The notes: generated by a model not told the origin, from the letters alone. Shown: positions 1 through 13,852, numbered from the stretch's first letter. The stretch is 64,000 bases of DNA from Octopus vulgaris (GCA_951406725.2 OX597822.1:31682001-31746000), one strand, 5' to 3'. Numbers and translations are program-made.

Positions 1-87
1 CACACGCATACAACCACAGGCAAACATACACACATGCACAGACGTGCACGTGTGTGGGCAAGTGTGTGTTCGTATCTGTCTTCACTT

Positions 88-481
88 ACTCTCTTACTTG
101 TTTCAGTCATTTGACTGCGGCCATGCTGGAGCACCGCCTTTAACCGAGCAACTCGACCCCGAGACTTATTCTTTTTGTAAGCCCAGTACTTATTCTATCG
201 GTCTCCTTTGCCGAACCACTAAGTAACGGGGACATAAACACACCAGCATCGGTTATCTAGCAATGCTAGGGGACAAACACAGACGCACAAACACACACAC
301 GCATATATACATATATACGATGGGCTTCTTTTCAGTTTCCGTCTACCAAATCCACTCACAAGGCTTTGGACGGCCCGAGGCTATAGTAGAAGACACTTGC
401 CCAAGGTGCCACGCAGTGGGACTGAACCCGGAAACATGTGGTTGGTAAACAATCTACTTACCACACAGCCACTCCTGCGCC
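88..481 (-). mobile_element. SINE type A (tRNA-like head, CORE-like ccttgggcaagt segment, internal TA/CA microsatellite), full length
   Basis: Minus strand begins ggcgcaggagtggctgtgtggtaag (A-box-like), then gggttcagtccc (B-box-like); similar copies recur more than 15 times in the window. Confidence 0.9.
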
Positions 482-2626
482 TTGTTTATTTTGTTATATA
501 TATATTTAAAGTATGTGAACCAAAAACAACAACAACAACAACAACAACAACAAAACCTGCTTAAACTGTAAAGATACGTATGTTTTAATATTACATTAAA
601 AGGACGGTGTGCTCGGATGTGTGTTAATAAAAATACGTAACCATTCTGAAAAGAATCTCGCGTAAAGGATGCGTTATAATTATAAGAGTTAATTTCGTTG
701 TTGCTCTTGATAGTTCTTTGACAGTTTAACCTCAGGTCAAATCAATTCAATCAATCCTATGAATAAAATCATTCCAGCTGCGACCGTCCTGTCTTTATGT
801 CAGATATAGTGTATCTATACGTATGTTTTCTGATGTGCACTGTCCTATTTTCAAAATATGGCAGTGTATGATTTAAGAAATAGTTAGTGACTATTTCTGT
901 TTCGCTGAGGTTGACCGACCATGAAAAAGAGGCCTTCTTATATGTCTAGTTTATTTGTTTTTGCTGTTCTTTCATTGCGTTCTTTTACGTTTACAGTTTA
1001 TTGATTTTTTTTCAGATTCTTTTGTACGAAACTCATAAATATCAGCAGCAGCAGCAGCAGCCACGGCAGCAGCAGTAGCAGCCTTCTTCAATTATTGTTC
1101 GCCTGGTTGCTATTAATAATAAGAGGGCTAAGACAAGTCTATTAATGTACTATACGTCTGTCTGTACATATATTTTTATTCGAACATTTCGCAGCATTTC
1201 TCTTTATTATATTTCATGTTAACTACTACTACTACTACTACTACACTTGTTATTGCTTCTGCTGCTATTACTACAGCGCATATGCAAGTTATAAGCCATT
1301 AAGCCCACCAAGCTTGCTTGGAAAGTAGGGAGAATTCTGGATAGATAGTTAAAAAGACACAAGACAGGCAAAGGGTGAAGGGACACAACAGCCATGATAT
1401 ATTAATTTATTCTTTTACTTTTTTCATTCATTAGACTGAGGCCATGCTGGACCCTATTAAGGCTAGTTGCACTCTAAGCTGTGACGAAAGCTGTTCAGTA
1501 GGGGTTGGCAAATTTTAATAGAAAAGCTTAATGAATGAGTTCCTTGAATTCGCCGCCTTAATATACTATATTAATTGTGAACGTCAATGTGTCAGTGTCT
1601 CACCCTTCTTCAACTTTACTCCTGGAGACCGTAGCCCAACATATCGTATCATTTTAGAATCAGGGTGACCCCGTAAATTCTGAATTTTTTGTATTCCCAA
1701 CTTTTCATTACCGTGATTGTTTTCGGCAATATTTTACGTGACGTTTTGCTACATATTTTTTTTTGTATGATAACAATTTTTATAATCTAAAGGCCAAAAA
1801 TGTGAGTAAATTAAAAGCATTCCGAACCGAATTCCTATGTTTTTCATTACTGCGATTGTTTTTGGCGATTTTTTTTTCACGTGATTTTTTGCGATGAAAT
1901 CAAAGTGAATGGAACTTTGGCCAGAAGAGATGATCTTATGAGACGCTGTGCAACGATCATCGGGAGTTTCGACCCTGGACATAATATCCCACCGTTGGTG
2001 GATCAATACAAGTGGCAAAATCATTGCTCCTCATCCCCTTCTTGCTTCCAGCTTAACTTGTTTCTCTCTTGCTCCATAACCAACCCAGCTGAGGCTTTTT
2101 AAGCTGCTGCTGCTGCTCCCATTTTACACACAGTCACCTTTAGCTCCTTTCCTCCAATTCTAATTGTTGTAAGCATCTTCCACACCGAATCCACTTCAAC
2201 CAACCTCGACCCCTAAAAATCCCGACTGCCATCACTCTCCCTGCAATCATGCAGAAAGCTCTCGAACTTGGCATGCTACAATTCGTAGGCCTGATCACTT
2301 CAGGAATATTTTCTTAGTCTTTTCAGACTACAGAACCACATCCGGCCTCAGGGTTGTAAGGACGACCTGGTGAAACTGCAGTCTCTTCCCAGGTCCACTT
2401 CTATATCTCAGGATTCAGACCCATATAGTAACCTAAGTGTCTTTTTTCCTGTCCTCACTGGCGTTTTTCCTTCTTTCACGAACTACATTGCTGCTGTTGG
2501 CTTCCCCCGATGACGACGTTTCTTGAGCTTTACCTGATCCAGCATGTCAGCGAATGCTGCAAGCAAATATTATAATGTTATGACGCCACTTGTATCTCCC
2601 TTAAGTATATATATATACATATATAT

Positions 2627-2692
<66 letters not shown>

Positions 2693-2744
2693 GTTTATAT
2701 ATATATATATATATTTATATGTTTTTATATATATATATATATAT

Positions 2745-2960
2745 ATATTGTTATATTTCGGAATGGTCATATTGCCAGTTTAGCCAATAAAAACACACGC
2801 ACTATATATTTGGTGTTATTTTGCTTCAGTGATATTTATTTTTTACATTAATCTATCTAAATATTGGCTAAACTGGCAATATGACCATTCCGAAATATAA
2901 CAATATCTGTTTCAACACACGACTTCACATAAAAAATCTTGCACAACAAATATTTAAACG
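2745..2960. repeat. Fold-back element in (TA)n: perfect 45-bp inverted repeat (2745-2789 / 2862-2906) plus a 3' extension
   Basis: atattgttatatttcggaatggtcatattgccagtttagccaata is the exact reverse complement of 2862-2906; (TA)n on both sides. Confidence 0.85.
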
Positions 2961-3106
<146 letters not shown>

Positions 3107-4376
3107 CAAACAGGCCTTTTGTTTCTCACAATTACTTCCAGTTATTCAGAGAATTAAAGTTCTAAATTCAAGCAGAAAGAACGTGCCTTCCAACCGTAAA
3201 CATTGCCGATAATAATCAGACAATGGTTACCATGTAAGAGGTCTCTCATGTATCATTTTACTCCATTTTCTCTCGTACAGATGTATACGAACTTGTTATG
3301 TTAGTACGATTTCAGCAGAGATATTGAGCATTATGTCTTTGCAATGCTGAGAGCAGATTTATGAAGTTTTTATGCCAGAAAACTTGATGGCCAACAGGGA
3401 TTAGAATTTCCTTATTGTTATTTTCTTTATCTACACAATATTATTATGCTTTTAACTTTGTGTTTGTTTCTTTTATTGAATATACATGGTCGAGTTTGCT
3501 GTGTCTTTGAGAAATCTTTTTGATACTGCTCAATACGTCTGTTTGCTTTTCATTTACGTTCAAGTTTGTAATTCTAAATACTTAATCAATATTGTTTTGA
3601 TTTAAAAAGTATTTGACAATTAAGAGTCGGCTTGTTCTTCAGCACAGTTCAATGGCTGAAGTTTTGTTTTCTTTCTCTTTTTTTTTTTATCTCATCGTAT
3701 TATTCAAAAGCATACAGTTCTGTATTTATTGCTTTATCTGCCCTAGACATCTATTGAATTTTCCAGTCTTTTTCCCGTTTCCTGCTTTTCATTTCTTTTA
3801 TTAGAAACTGCTCAAAGTCTGTGAATTAATTCATATTTTCATTGTAATAATCCATAAGCGTTGTGTTTGACATATTTCTTTTCTCTAACTGGGGAAAACC
3901 GATTCACTTTTAAGTATTTTATTTGATTTCTTACCTCACATTTTTTTTTTATGAAACCTCATTGTGATTGGGTTGTCATATGAAGCTAAATATTTCTACG
4001 TAAAAAGCAGATCTATGGCACAAAACAAGAATAACATATTTCTGAAGATTATAAATTATTGCTAAGGTTTATAGCAGTTGATTTTCTATTTGGTTTAATG
4101 CTGTTTTAAATATGTATCATGTCCTCGGTCAGCTGCCGTAATATATTGTTTACAGCTAGAGTACAATTACTCAGTTCGAAAATTCCTGGTTAAAGAACAT
4201 CCGCATTATGAAACAGACACAAGTAAATATTTCCATCTTGAAATGACATATTTTACAATCTGATGGCTATTTTGCAGATCATTGATGTATATACAGAGGT
4301 GAATTTATGTTCGGTGTTAACATTTAATACTCCTATGTCCTACTCACCAAGTTTCATTGATATTGCATATGTTACG

Positions 4377-4575
4377 ACGGCAAGCTAAAAGAATTATTAG
4401 CGCACAGGTCAAAATGCTTAGTGACATTTCGTTTGTTTTGACCTTCTCAGTTCAAACCCCTCCGAAGTCGAATTTAACTTTCATCCTTTCGGCATCGATA
4501 AAATAAGTACCAGTTGAGCACTGGTGTTGATGAAATCAACTTATCTCCTTCCCGAAAATTGCTGGTCTCGTGCCA
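4377..4575 (+). mobile_element. SINE type B, old copy (tail 2)
   Basis: tttcatcctttcggcatcgataaaataagtaccag central domain and aaattgctggtctcgtgcca tail. Confidence 0.75.
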
Positions 4576-4874
4576 TCATCGTTACGAAATCGATATAACA
4601 TACTATATTCTTCGTAAGACAAAAACAAGACTAGCATGTCGCAACCATAATGAGTGTACAGTCTAAATTGTCCACAGGGTAAAACAACAACACTAACGCG
4701 CACACGTTTGTTGCACATACAGAGTAACACACGTGAATACACATAAACATACACAGGGGTCACACACACATACGTGCACGCGCGCACGCAATATATTCTT
4801 AATAGGAGGAAAAGAACAGAATGGAAGGATAAAGTTCTGATCTACAATACGTTTCCTTTAAAAGTACGTTCTTC

Positions 4875-5115
4875 ATTCTGTCGTGTCTGGGGAGAGATTC
4901 ATTTTCTTTTTGTGCCATATAATTTAACACACACACCGGTAAAATTTCCACTTATTTCTTATTTTTATTTTCTTAAACTTCTCGTTGCGTCTTGCAAACT
5001 TTGAGTGAGTGTGTTAAATTATAAGGCACAAAAAGAAAATGATTTTCCCCAGACACAACAGAATATGCTTCAACACACGAACTCACATAAAGAATATTGC
5101 AAACCAAATCCAAAA
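4875..5115. repeat. Fold-back element: ~60-bp imperfect inverted repeat (4875-4936 / 5005-5064) plus a 3' extension shared with the 2745 element
   Basis: Arm tgtctgggga...cattttctttttgtgccatataatttaacac pairs with gtgttaaattataaggcacaaaaagaaaatg...ccccagaca. Confidence 0.8.
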
Positions 5116-5238
5116 ACGAAATTTATTCTTCATTCCAATAGAGAAAAGCGCAAATTAAAATATGATCCCGCAGAGGAAGATACACAATGTCGCTCCAAAA
5201 CTTATAAGATCAAATAACTGCCACATGTATGTATGTAG

Positions 5239-5313
<75 letters not shown>

Positions 5314-5571
5314 AGCGTGTGTACGTTTTGTATATATGCACGTGTATGCATACACATTAGCACGAGCAGACATACGCGCACACACGTATACACAGAGATC
5401 TTCCATCTGTCAGAAAGCAATAGATGTGCTTCTGAATGAATTATTCATATTTGTGTGTAAAAGTAATGACATTACTTTTCTGAGGTTGGGAGAAACGCAT
5501 CCAAGCCTAGCTTTGTACAGGGTTATTTATACACCTGTCTATGCTTAATTATATTTTTGTAGGTATACACA

Positions 5572-5626
<55 letters not shown>

Positions 5627-5811
5627 ATAATTACAGGTAGATATTTACATATATAGAGAGATAGACAAATTGAAACCTATAATTACATTCTGTACGCTTA
5701 CAAGCGTATGATGCGTGCGTGTGTATGGGTGTGTGTGTCAGTGCGTAGGTGCGTGTGTGTGTACATTTATATATCTGTATATATTCATACACACACACAC
5801 AAACATATAAA

Positions 5812-5975
5812 TATATTGATAGAAATGGTAAGACAACAAGAGAATGAAAGGGACCTCGATATTATGTAAGTAGAGTAATTTATTTGTAAATACACTGTGA
5901 CAATTATTCGGTAGTCATGACATCCGAACCTCGGAGTTTTATCATGGCTATCGAATAAATGACACATATTACAAT
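5812..5975. repeat. Internally deleted copy of the 13813-14165 palindromic element
   Basis: Shares tgtgacaattattcggtag and ctcggagttttatcatggcta, plus the reverse complement of the 14100-14160 flank. Confidence 0.75.
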
Positions 5976-6139
5976 ATATATATATATAAATATAGATGCA
6001 CACACACACACACACATATCTTTATATATTACGTCGATTTGAAAGGACGAAGGGCAGAATTCTGAGTTCAAATTTCACCGAGATCAATTTTACCTTCCAT
6101 CATTTTGATATATATATGTATATATATGTGTGTGTGTGT

Positions 6140-6330
6140 GTGTGTCTGTGTCTGTGTTTGTCACCCCAACATCCGATGCTGGTGTGTTTACGTCCCCGTA
6201 ACTTAACGTACGGCAAAAGAGACCGATAGAATAAGTTACAGGCTTACAAAAAATAAGTCCTGAGGTCGATTTGCTCGAATAAAGGCGTTGCTTCAGCATG
6301 GCCGCAGTCAAATGACTGAAACCAGTAAAG
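6140..6330 (+). mobile_element. SINE type A, 3' half
   Basis: gatgctggtgtgtttacgtccccgtaactta...cagcatggccgcagtcaaatgactgaaac. Confidence 0.85.
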
Positions 6331-7456
6331 AAGGTGGGTTTTTTTTGTACAAAATAGGTCAACATGATTTCCCTTTTTTATATGCGCATGCGCCATTCCG
6401 GTAGCGGAGTCGTCAGTAAATTAGAATCGAAGTAAAAGGCACGTTGCTTTCAGCATACTTGTATCATTACATGAAGAAACCGGCGATGGAGGAGAGAAAA
6501 TTGAATGATGTGAATCTAGTTATAAATGTCATTTTTATATTTATCGATGCATGGAGCAAAATTGTCGGAGGTTCTTTGAAATGATTGACAATTCAGAGAA
6601 TAAAATTAAGAAGAGAACAACAAAAAATATCGGAGAAATATTATGAAAGAATAATGTACGTCAATGTTGACAAGACAACATGGATGTCTAGCGTGTCCCA
6701 TAAATCATAAACGCAAACAGGTACACTCACAGTTAAAGAAACCTTTACGCACACGGACACGTATAGAAACAGAAACTCACACGCAGATACATAGAAAGAC
6801 ACGATATGAAAACCGTACAGAATTTTACACACATGAAGCAACAATATGCATACATACTTAGAGAAATAGGTTGCCTATAATACTTCAGACATACGCACAC
6901 ACACGTCACTGGCTTGGTGAAATATTATTACAAAAGTCACAATCCATTTACATATCACAAAAGGTGCACACGCACACACACACACGCATACATACGTAAA
7001 CACATGCACACACACATGCACACACATATACGAAAGCATGCACGTACACACACATACAGAGCCACACACATCATATGTATATAAACATAAACTCACACCG
7101 GGATTTATAGCCGTATAAAATTACAAAGATTAGTTTGTGTGCATGAGTGCGAGCGTCAGTAAGTCTTCTTGGGTGTCTGTATATGAGTGTGTGCGTGCGT
7201 GCGTGCGTGTGTGTGTGTATACGTGTGCGCGTGTGTTATTTGCGTGTAAAATGCTGCAATGTGTGTCTGTATATGGGAGGTATATTTATGACATCCTTTA
7301 CAGACACCAGCTACATATATGTATATATATATATGTGTGTGTGTGTGTGTATGCATATATGTATGCATGTATATATATGTATATATATATATATGCATGT
7401 ATATATTATATATGTATATAGTATATATCAATATGTGTGTATATATATATAAACAA

Positions 7457-7499
<43 letters not shown>

Positions 7500-8097
7500 C
7501 ACATATGCAGGTGTGTGTGTCTGTATGTACATATATGTATGTAAATACATATGCAGTTGTATTTATACACAACACGCATACATAGAAAAGCACATACACA
7601 GACATACACACACATGCACACACACACACATACAGAGACCTATATACGTGTGTGTGTGTGTGTGTGAGTGAGTGTGTGCGTAAATGCGTTTGTATGTGTG
7701 CATGTGTGTGCAAGTGTGTGCGTTGTACATATTAGTGTCTCCATGTGAGAGTGTATGCGACAGTGGAACTGAAATCTAAATGTTGGTGCAATTCCTTGTA
7801 TTCTCACACTCCAGAGACATGAAAAACAAAGGTGTTATTGTGGGTTGCAATGATTGAACGAAGTCCCAGATCCGAAGGACTGATGGAATACACTACAGAC
7901 ATCGAGAACGCCATTCGTATATATACTCGAGTACTTACAAGAAACGATACACACATATAAATACACTTAACATACACACACATACATGCATTCAGACTCA
8001 CATATGTATATACATACATATATGCATGCATATACATACGTACACACACAGAAACGTACACAAGCTACGGACGTTGACAGCTAAGCTTCACAGTGTC

Positions 8098-8259
8098 AGG
8101 CGTGGCTGCGCGGTAAGAAACTCGCTCCAAAAGCACATGATTCCGGGTTCAGTTCCACTCCGAGGCACCTTGGGCAAGTGTCTTCTAGAATAGCCACGGG
8201 CCTACCAAAACCTTGTGAGTAAATTTGGTAAATAGAAACTCAGAGAATCGCGTCGTATG

Positions 8260-8317
<58 letters not shown>

Positions 8318-8385
8318 AACATGTGTGTGCGTGTTTTTGTGCCTGGTTTTGTCACCCTCATCACTGCCTGACAACCAGCGTTGTC
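8098..8385 (+). mobile_element. SINE type A, 5' half with internal (TA)n
   Basis: ccgggttcagttcc...ggcaccttgggcaagtgtcttct. Confidence 0.8.
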
Positions 8386-8405
8386 CTATTATACCATTCA
8401 CTTTA

Positions 8406-8612
8406 CAGTAAGCCCCCGACTATCGCAGGTGTTACGTTCCAAAACCTTCCACAGAAATAATTAAAATCTAAAAGAAATATAAATACCTATGAGTCGCAGA
8501 AGCCCGTGATATACCGAAAAGTCCGTGATATAAATTTACATATATTAACCAGAAAAGTCCGCAATGTACTGAGTGCGCGATAGGTAAACCACGATATGGC
8601 GAGGGTTTACTG
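8406..8612. mobile_element. Tc1/mariner-superfamily (Tigger/pogo-like) MITE
   Basis: TA-cagtaagcccccgactatcg ... cgatatggcgagggtttactg-TA: imperfect TIRs starting CAGT, with TA target duplication (8404-8405, 8613-8614). Confidence 0.75.
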
Positions 8613-8635
8613 TATTTCATATTCTCTCTCTCTTT

Positions 8636-8846
8636 TTCTCTTTTACTTGTTTCAGTCATTTGACTGTGGCCATGCTGGAGCACCGCCTTTAATCGAGCAA
8701 CTCGACCCCGGGACTTATTCTTTTGTAAGCCCAGTACTTATTCTATCGGTCTCTTATGCTGAACCGCTAAGTAACGGGGACATAAACACACCAGCATTTG
8801 GTGTCAAGCAATGCTAGGGGACAAACACAGACGCACAAACACACAC

Positions 8847-8903
<57 letters not shown>

Positions 8904-9070
8904 CATATATACGACGGGCTTCTTTCAGTTTCCGTCTACCAAATCCACTCACAAGGCTTTGGTCGGCCCGAAGCTATAGTAGAAGATACTTGCCCAAGGT
9001 GCCACGCAGTGGGACTGAATCCGGAACCATGTGGTCGGTAGACAAGCTACTTACCACACAGCCACTCCTG
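8636..9070 (-). mobile_element. SINE type A, full length
   Basis: Near-identical to 88-481; internal (TA)n. Confidence 0.9.
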
Positions 9071-9240
9071 TCCAATTTACTCAACTGACAAAAATAAGCC
9101 GTGCCTGTATTTCAAAGTGCCACCTGTGTCACGTTGAATCACCCTGAGAACCACGTCAATGCTACGACTAAATGTGGATACTCAGCCTGCTGCCCGTCAA
9201 TTTCACGAGTAAGCTGTTCTCTTGATAGGACCATATGGAT
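9070..9240 (+). mobile_element. Old SINE fragment: type C middle joined to the type D 3' module
   Basis: tttactcaactgacaaaaataag resembles the C middle; gtatttcaaag...gtgtcacgttgaatcaccctgagaaccacgt...aatttcacgagtaagctgttc resembles the 3' part of 31134-31516. Confidence 0.6.
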
Positions 9241-9766
9241 ATAAATATATACCTATATTTATATATATATTCGGTAGAACACAGAGGATAAAAAGTATAA
9301 AGGAAGACATGAATATACAGTGATTTATTTTATTCTCTTGTCTGCGGATGATAAAAAATGATTCAAAGACTGAAAGTAGGGCTCTTGGCAAATGCACTTA
9401 TACTCTAACACACACACACGCACACGGAATTGCTAGCCTGCACTCACGCACGCATACACATATAGACACAAACACAGGCACACTCACACACGCATGCACA
9501 CACACACATTATATATATGTATGCTTCAAGCAAAAATGCGCTAACCTTCTGATCTGTAGGAAACATAATTTACTCACTACCATGACGTTAAAGAATATGT
9601 GTAAGTCACATTCTATCCATAAATAATTCTACAAGCAAATGACACGTTCTTCTTAGAAAATTTGCTTTATCGGTAGTCTATATCGGCGAATGAATACCTC
9701 CCGCAAATAATACATATGTATATGTATGTGTGTGTGTGTACATACATATATTGTATATACATATAT

Positions 9767-9836
<70 letters not shown>

Positions 9837-9953
9837 ATATATATATACATACATATATATAAATATATATATGTATAATATACATAATATATATATGATA
9901 TATATATATATAATATGCATATAGATATAATATATATGTATATATATATAATT

Positions 9954-9992
<39 letters not shown>

Positions 9993-10738
9993 GTATATAA
10001 ATATATGTATATGTCTGCACGTGTGAGTTTGTGTGATAGAGTCTATGCGCGTGTATACGCATGGAACACATACGCTTATATACAAACACACACACGCACA
10101 TATATGTGTATGTAGGGAGAGAGAGAGAGGGAGAAATATATGAATATAAGCGAATATACACACACACGCGCGCACACACACACATATACATTTATTCACA
10201 TTCACACACCCACACGCAAATATATAATACAGGAGTGGGGCGTATATATGTGAATGTATAGATATGGTGCATACTTCTATAAATTTCAGCATATTTGACG
10301 ACCGAAAAGATTTGTTATATATGGAACAAAACACATCTTTCATACAATATACATTTTTATATTCCATTCAGTATATCTCAACATTCTCTAATACATATGA
10401 AACGAAGCGGCTAATGGAAAATATTGGATGGGTATTTGCGTGTTAATGAACCATACCACAAAAATTTTATCTGCTTTGACAACTGAATTTTGGTTTAGAT
10501 TATGGAACTCATTAACCACATAATTAAGGTTATTAAACAGTTTTATTCGCACTGCATAAATATCGACTGTCATTATCAGTTGAAGAATATACGAATATAC
10601 GAATTTAGAAATATCATATATCAACGGTAAGAATACAACGCAAGCATACTGAAAAATATGACAGTGTAATACATACATAGATACATACATGCATACATAA
10701 AAACTGCTGGGCTGCGTTTCACGTTCTCGTTCGTCGGA

Positions 10739-10795
<57 letters not shown>

Positions 10796-10959
10796 CATAT
10801 GTGTGTATGTGTGTGTGTATGTGTGTGTGTGTGTGTAAAGCCAATAAAATTTTATAGTAGTAAAATAAAACAAGATTATAGAATAATAAACCTCAATAAG
10901 AGGAGGATGTCATCCTGAATATCTTTGACAACAACAATGTTTTGTAAAACATAAAAGCA

Positions 10960-11970
10960 GTTTCATAATTCTACTGAAAATGAACTCTACTTCGCAATCA
11001 AATTCAAAATCCCATCGAAAAAAAAAATATATATAAAAGGTAGAAACTATGTTTTAAACAATGTCGATTGAATAACAGCAAAGCTCCTGAAAATTGAGAC
11101 CATACTATTGGAACTGATTCATTCGATCCGACATTCTGAAACTTTATCCGCTGATGTTAATATCTTCTTTGAACAAGGAGTGAGTCCGTTGAAGAAAATA
11201 CATTTACTTCACTAGTAATTATTTGACATAATCTCACACACAGGGACATTCAAAATATTCAATGATAGCTTCCGAAGATTGGAAAGTGGCTAGCGTTTTT
11301 GATGTTGGATCAATATATATTACAAGGGACTTACCGTATATGATCCGTTACAAATTTGCATCATTATTGCTTTATGAACTAAATTGAAAGGCCTTAGACT
11401 TGGAATTGTTCTGACAGAACTAATTTGCTAGTTTTGCATCGGGCAACTGGATCCACGCTACATAGTTGCAGGAAATAAGTATTTAGCAGGTCTTATGTAT
11501 CTGACCTAAGATTACAACCATTCTTAATATCAGTACAGTTATCTTCCAACATATAACATTAAACCAAGACATTGGCAAATGCAATCAATCTCCCAATATC
11601 GGAAACTAATTCATTTTGCAACGAAACCATTGGAATATCTAATATTTCCTATGACGTTTAATAAACTTGCCAACTGCTATCATGACGTACTAAAATGAAA
11701 GAGGGCTTAAGGAAATGATCGACAGCTCAGCTACTATCGAGCAACTCAGAAACCTCAGAGAAAACTCAGAGATAATATTATCTGAATTAAGTGGCCTCTA
11801 AGTAAAACTGCAGTTTATAATCTAGCTAGAAATTTTTTTGAGTGACAATCAGCAGATACGTTGCAGTTAATAGCAATTTCCTCAAGATATTTAATAAGAA
11901 CATCTTGATGAATTATAGATGCTGGAAGTACAATAACAATACTACAAGATGGCAGATTAAGGAATACTAA
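10960..11970 (+). pseudogene. Highly decayed non-LTR retrotransposon reverse transcriptase (RTE/CR1-like)
   Basis: Broken-frame peptides STENELYFAIK, VD*ITAKLLKIETILLELIHSI and LDQYIL resemble LINE RT motifs (E..AIK, G.DGITAELLK, DQ); many stops. Confidence 0.45.
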
Positions 11971-13783
11971 CCACAGGACATGCCTCACCACAAGTATAAG
12001 GGTTTATTTCGAGGTCTTAACATTTTAATAATATTGTATATCAAATTCAAAATCCTCCACTAATAGCTTTCAACCTAGTTTTAAGCAACAACTTTGGTTA
12101 TATATAAATGTTAGCCCCGAGTGATAAAATCTATATTCCCAGCCATCAAAATATGCTTAATAAAACCACCGTTTCCAGAACTATTGAGTCATTTCATCAG
12201 TAAAATTCCTGGTGTTACCTTTAATTTATAATTTGATAATCCTATCGCCAGTAGTGATTACATGTGTATGTATTTCTGTATAAGAGTTTGTGCTTATCTG
12301 TGTGTCTGTTCGCAACTGATATGTGTATAGACGTTTTAATGTAAATAAAAATAATGTGAATAATAAATAAACGTAAGTTCTTCAACAAAAGAGAGCATCA
12401 TTCTTTTTTAAGCCTTTTCTTGTTGTTCTGTTTCCAGAGATTAAAAGAAAAACCTGATAATTTGCGTATTTATGCCGATGAATATGAAATGGTTTCAACC
12501 CATATATACAATGGGGTCGTGTAACTCAGCTTACCTTGCCAGCAGCCTAACTATAATTCACTTCAGCGCACTTATCTTTGATAAAACGAAATAATAAATG
12601 CCAAGAATTACTTTGTTTTGTTGTTTGTTGGTTATAATGAATTGCTAGATAAACGGATGCCGGTAATTGAAGATGAGTTGGTAGGAAAGATAACAGTTGT
12701 TGCAGTGATATGATGAGATGAGATCTTTCATTAAAAAAGAATACAAAACTTGGAAGAAGAAATAGTAACAGAGATATTTGTTGTTAAGGAATATAAACTA
12801 AAGGGGAATATTTTAGCATTACATTTAAAAGAAACCCTCTAATGTTTCCAATACGGTTTCAGGGTCAACCGTCGGGCGATCTTCATATATTTTTAATTGC
12901 TATGCGAACTTACTTCCATTTCGATTATATATTATGGTTTTCGCCATTGCAGATAATGCAGTTAACTCACCCACGCATACAGCCTTTTTTTTTTATTGGA
13001 AGCCAACGAAAGCTTTTCTATGTGTTAGGTTGACCTGAAAAAATAACAGCTAAAATCTGCATAAACTACACATCAAAATATTAAGTACACAAAGACATAA
13101 AAGGAGGAGATTTTGGATAATGTATGCCGACTATTTAGTTGAAAAGGCAGAATGCTCACAGTTTGAAATCTTCTATCATAGGTCACTTTCTTCTGAACTA
13201 ACCAGAGATTAAGCAACACCAACAGCTGTAGCAGTAGCAACAGTAATAACAGTTTGGTCACTCCTTACCTCCCCACATTATATCTTCTCGCTTTCCTGAA
13301 TGATGTTGGCTGTCATTTCATGAACGGGTCTAATACCTGCGTACATACACACATAGCTGCACGCACACAGGGGCACACACACATACACATGCATACATAT
13401 ATATGCCTAAGTTCCTATTGAAGACTTGGGAAGCTTTTCCTACATCTCATTAATTTTACCATAAACACTTTTGCTTCTTTCAGATTACTTTTTCGTTTTC
13501 CGGTTTTATAACCTTCCACATTTTATATGTACTTCTTTCTCGTTTCTTCTATCATTCAGTTTTGAATTCGATATGCCATCTGGGCTGTATATGATGATTG
13601 TGCCGAGATATCAAACGTGTTATAAAACATTGCTTTGCATGTTCTCAGTACATGAAAGTAGCAGCAGCATATAAACATATGCATTGTGTCTATTAGATAA
13701 TATTTATCTTTCACCAGATACAGTAATTATATATGTGTGCACTTCTCTCTTTCTCTTTTTCTCTCTCTCTCTCTATAAATTAA

Positions 13784-13815
<32 letters not shown>

Positions 13816-13852
13816 CTGTAAATGTAATATGTGACAATTATTCGGTAGCCAT

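Noticed and set aside
44-448. Recurrent ORFs such as FQSFDCGHAGAPP, VEDTCPRCHAVGLNPEPCGW and RPRKDERQSRPRRNLNSER that look like a multigene family
   Set aside because: Translations of SINE A and B copies, not genes
1005-1110. Acceptor-like ttttcag followed by a CAG repeat (possible polyQ exon)
   Set aside because: In-frame stop in the Gln frame, no convincing donor and no other exons
1880-2560. Complex, GC-richer segment with minus-strand TIRIGGKELKVTV, possibly a decayed retroelement ORF1/gag
   Set aside because: No diagnostic motif and multiple stops; needs BLASTX
12420-12585. Splice-like signals on both strands (tttccag acceptor on plus; aag|gtaagc donor on minus)
   Set aside because: Short frames ending in stops, with weak partner sites; cannot support an exon
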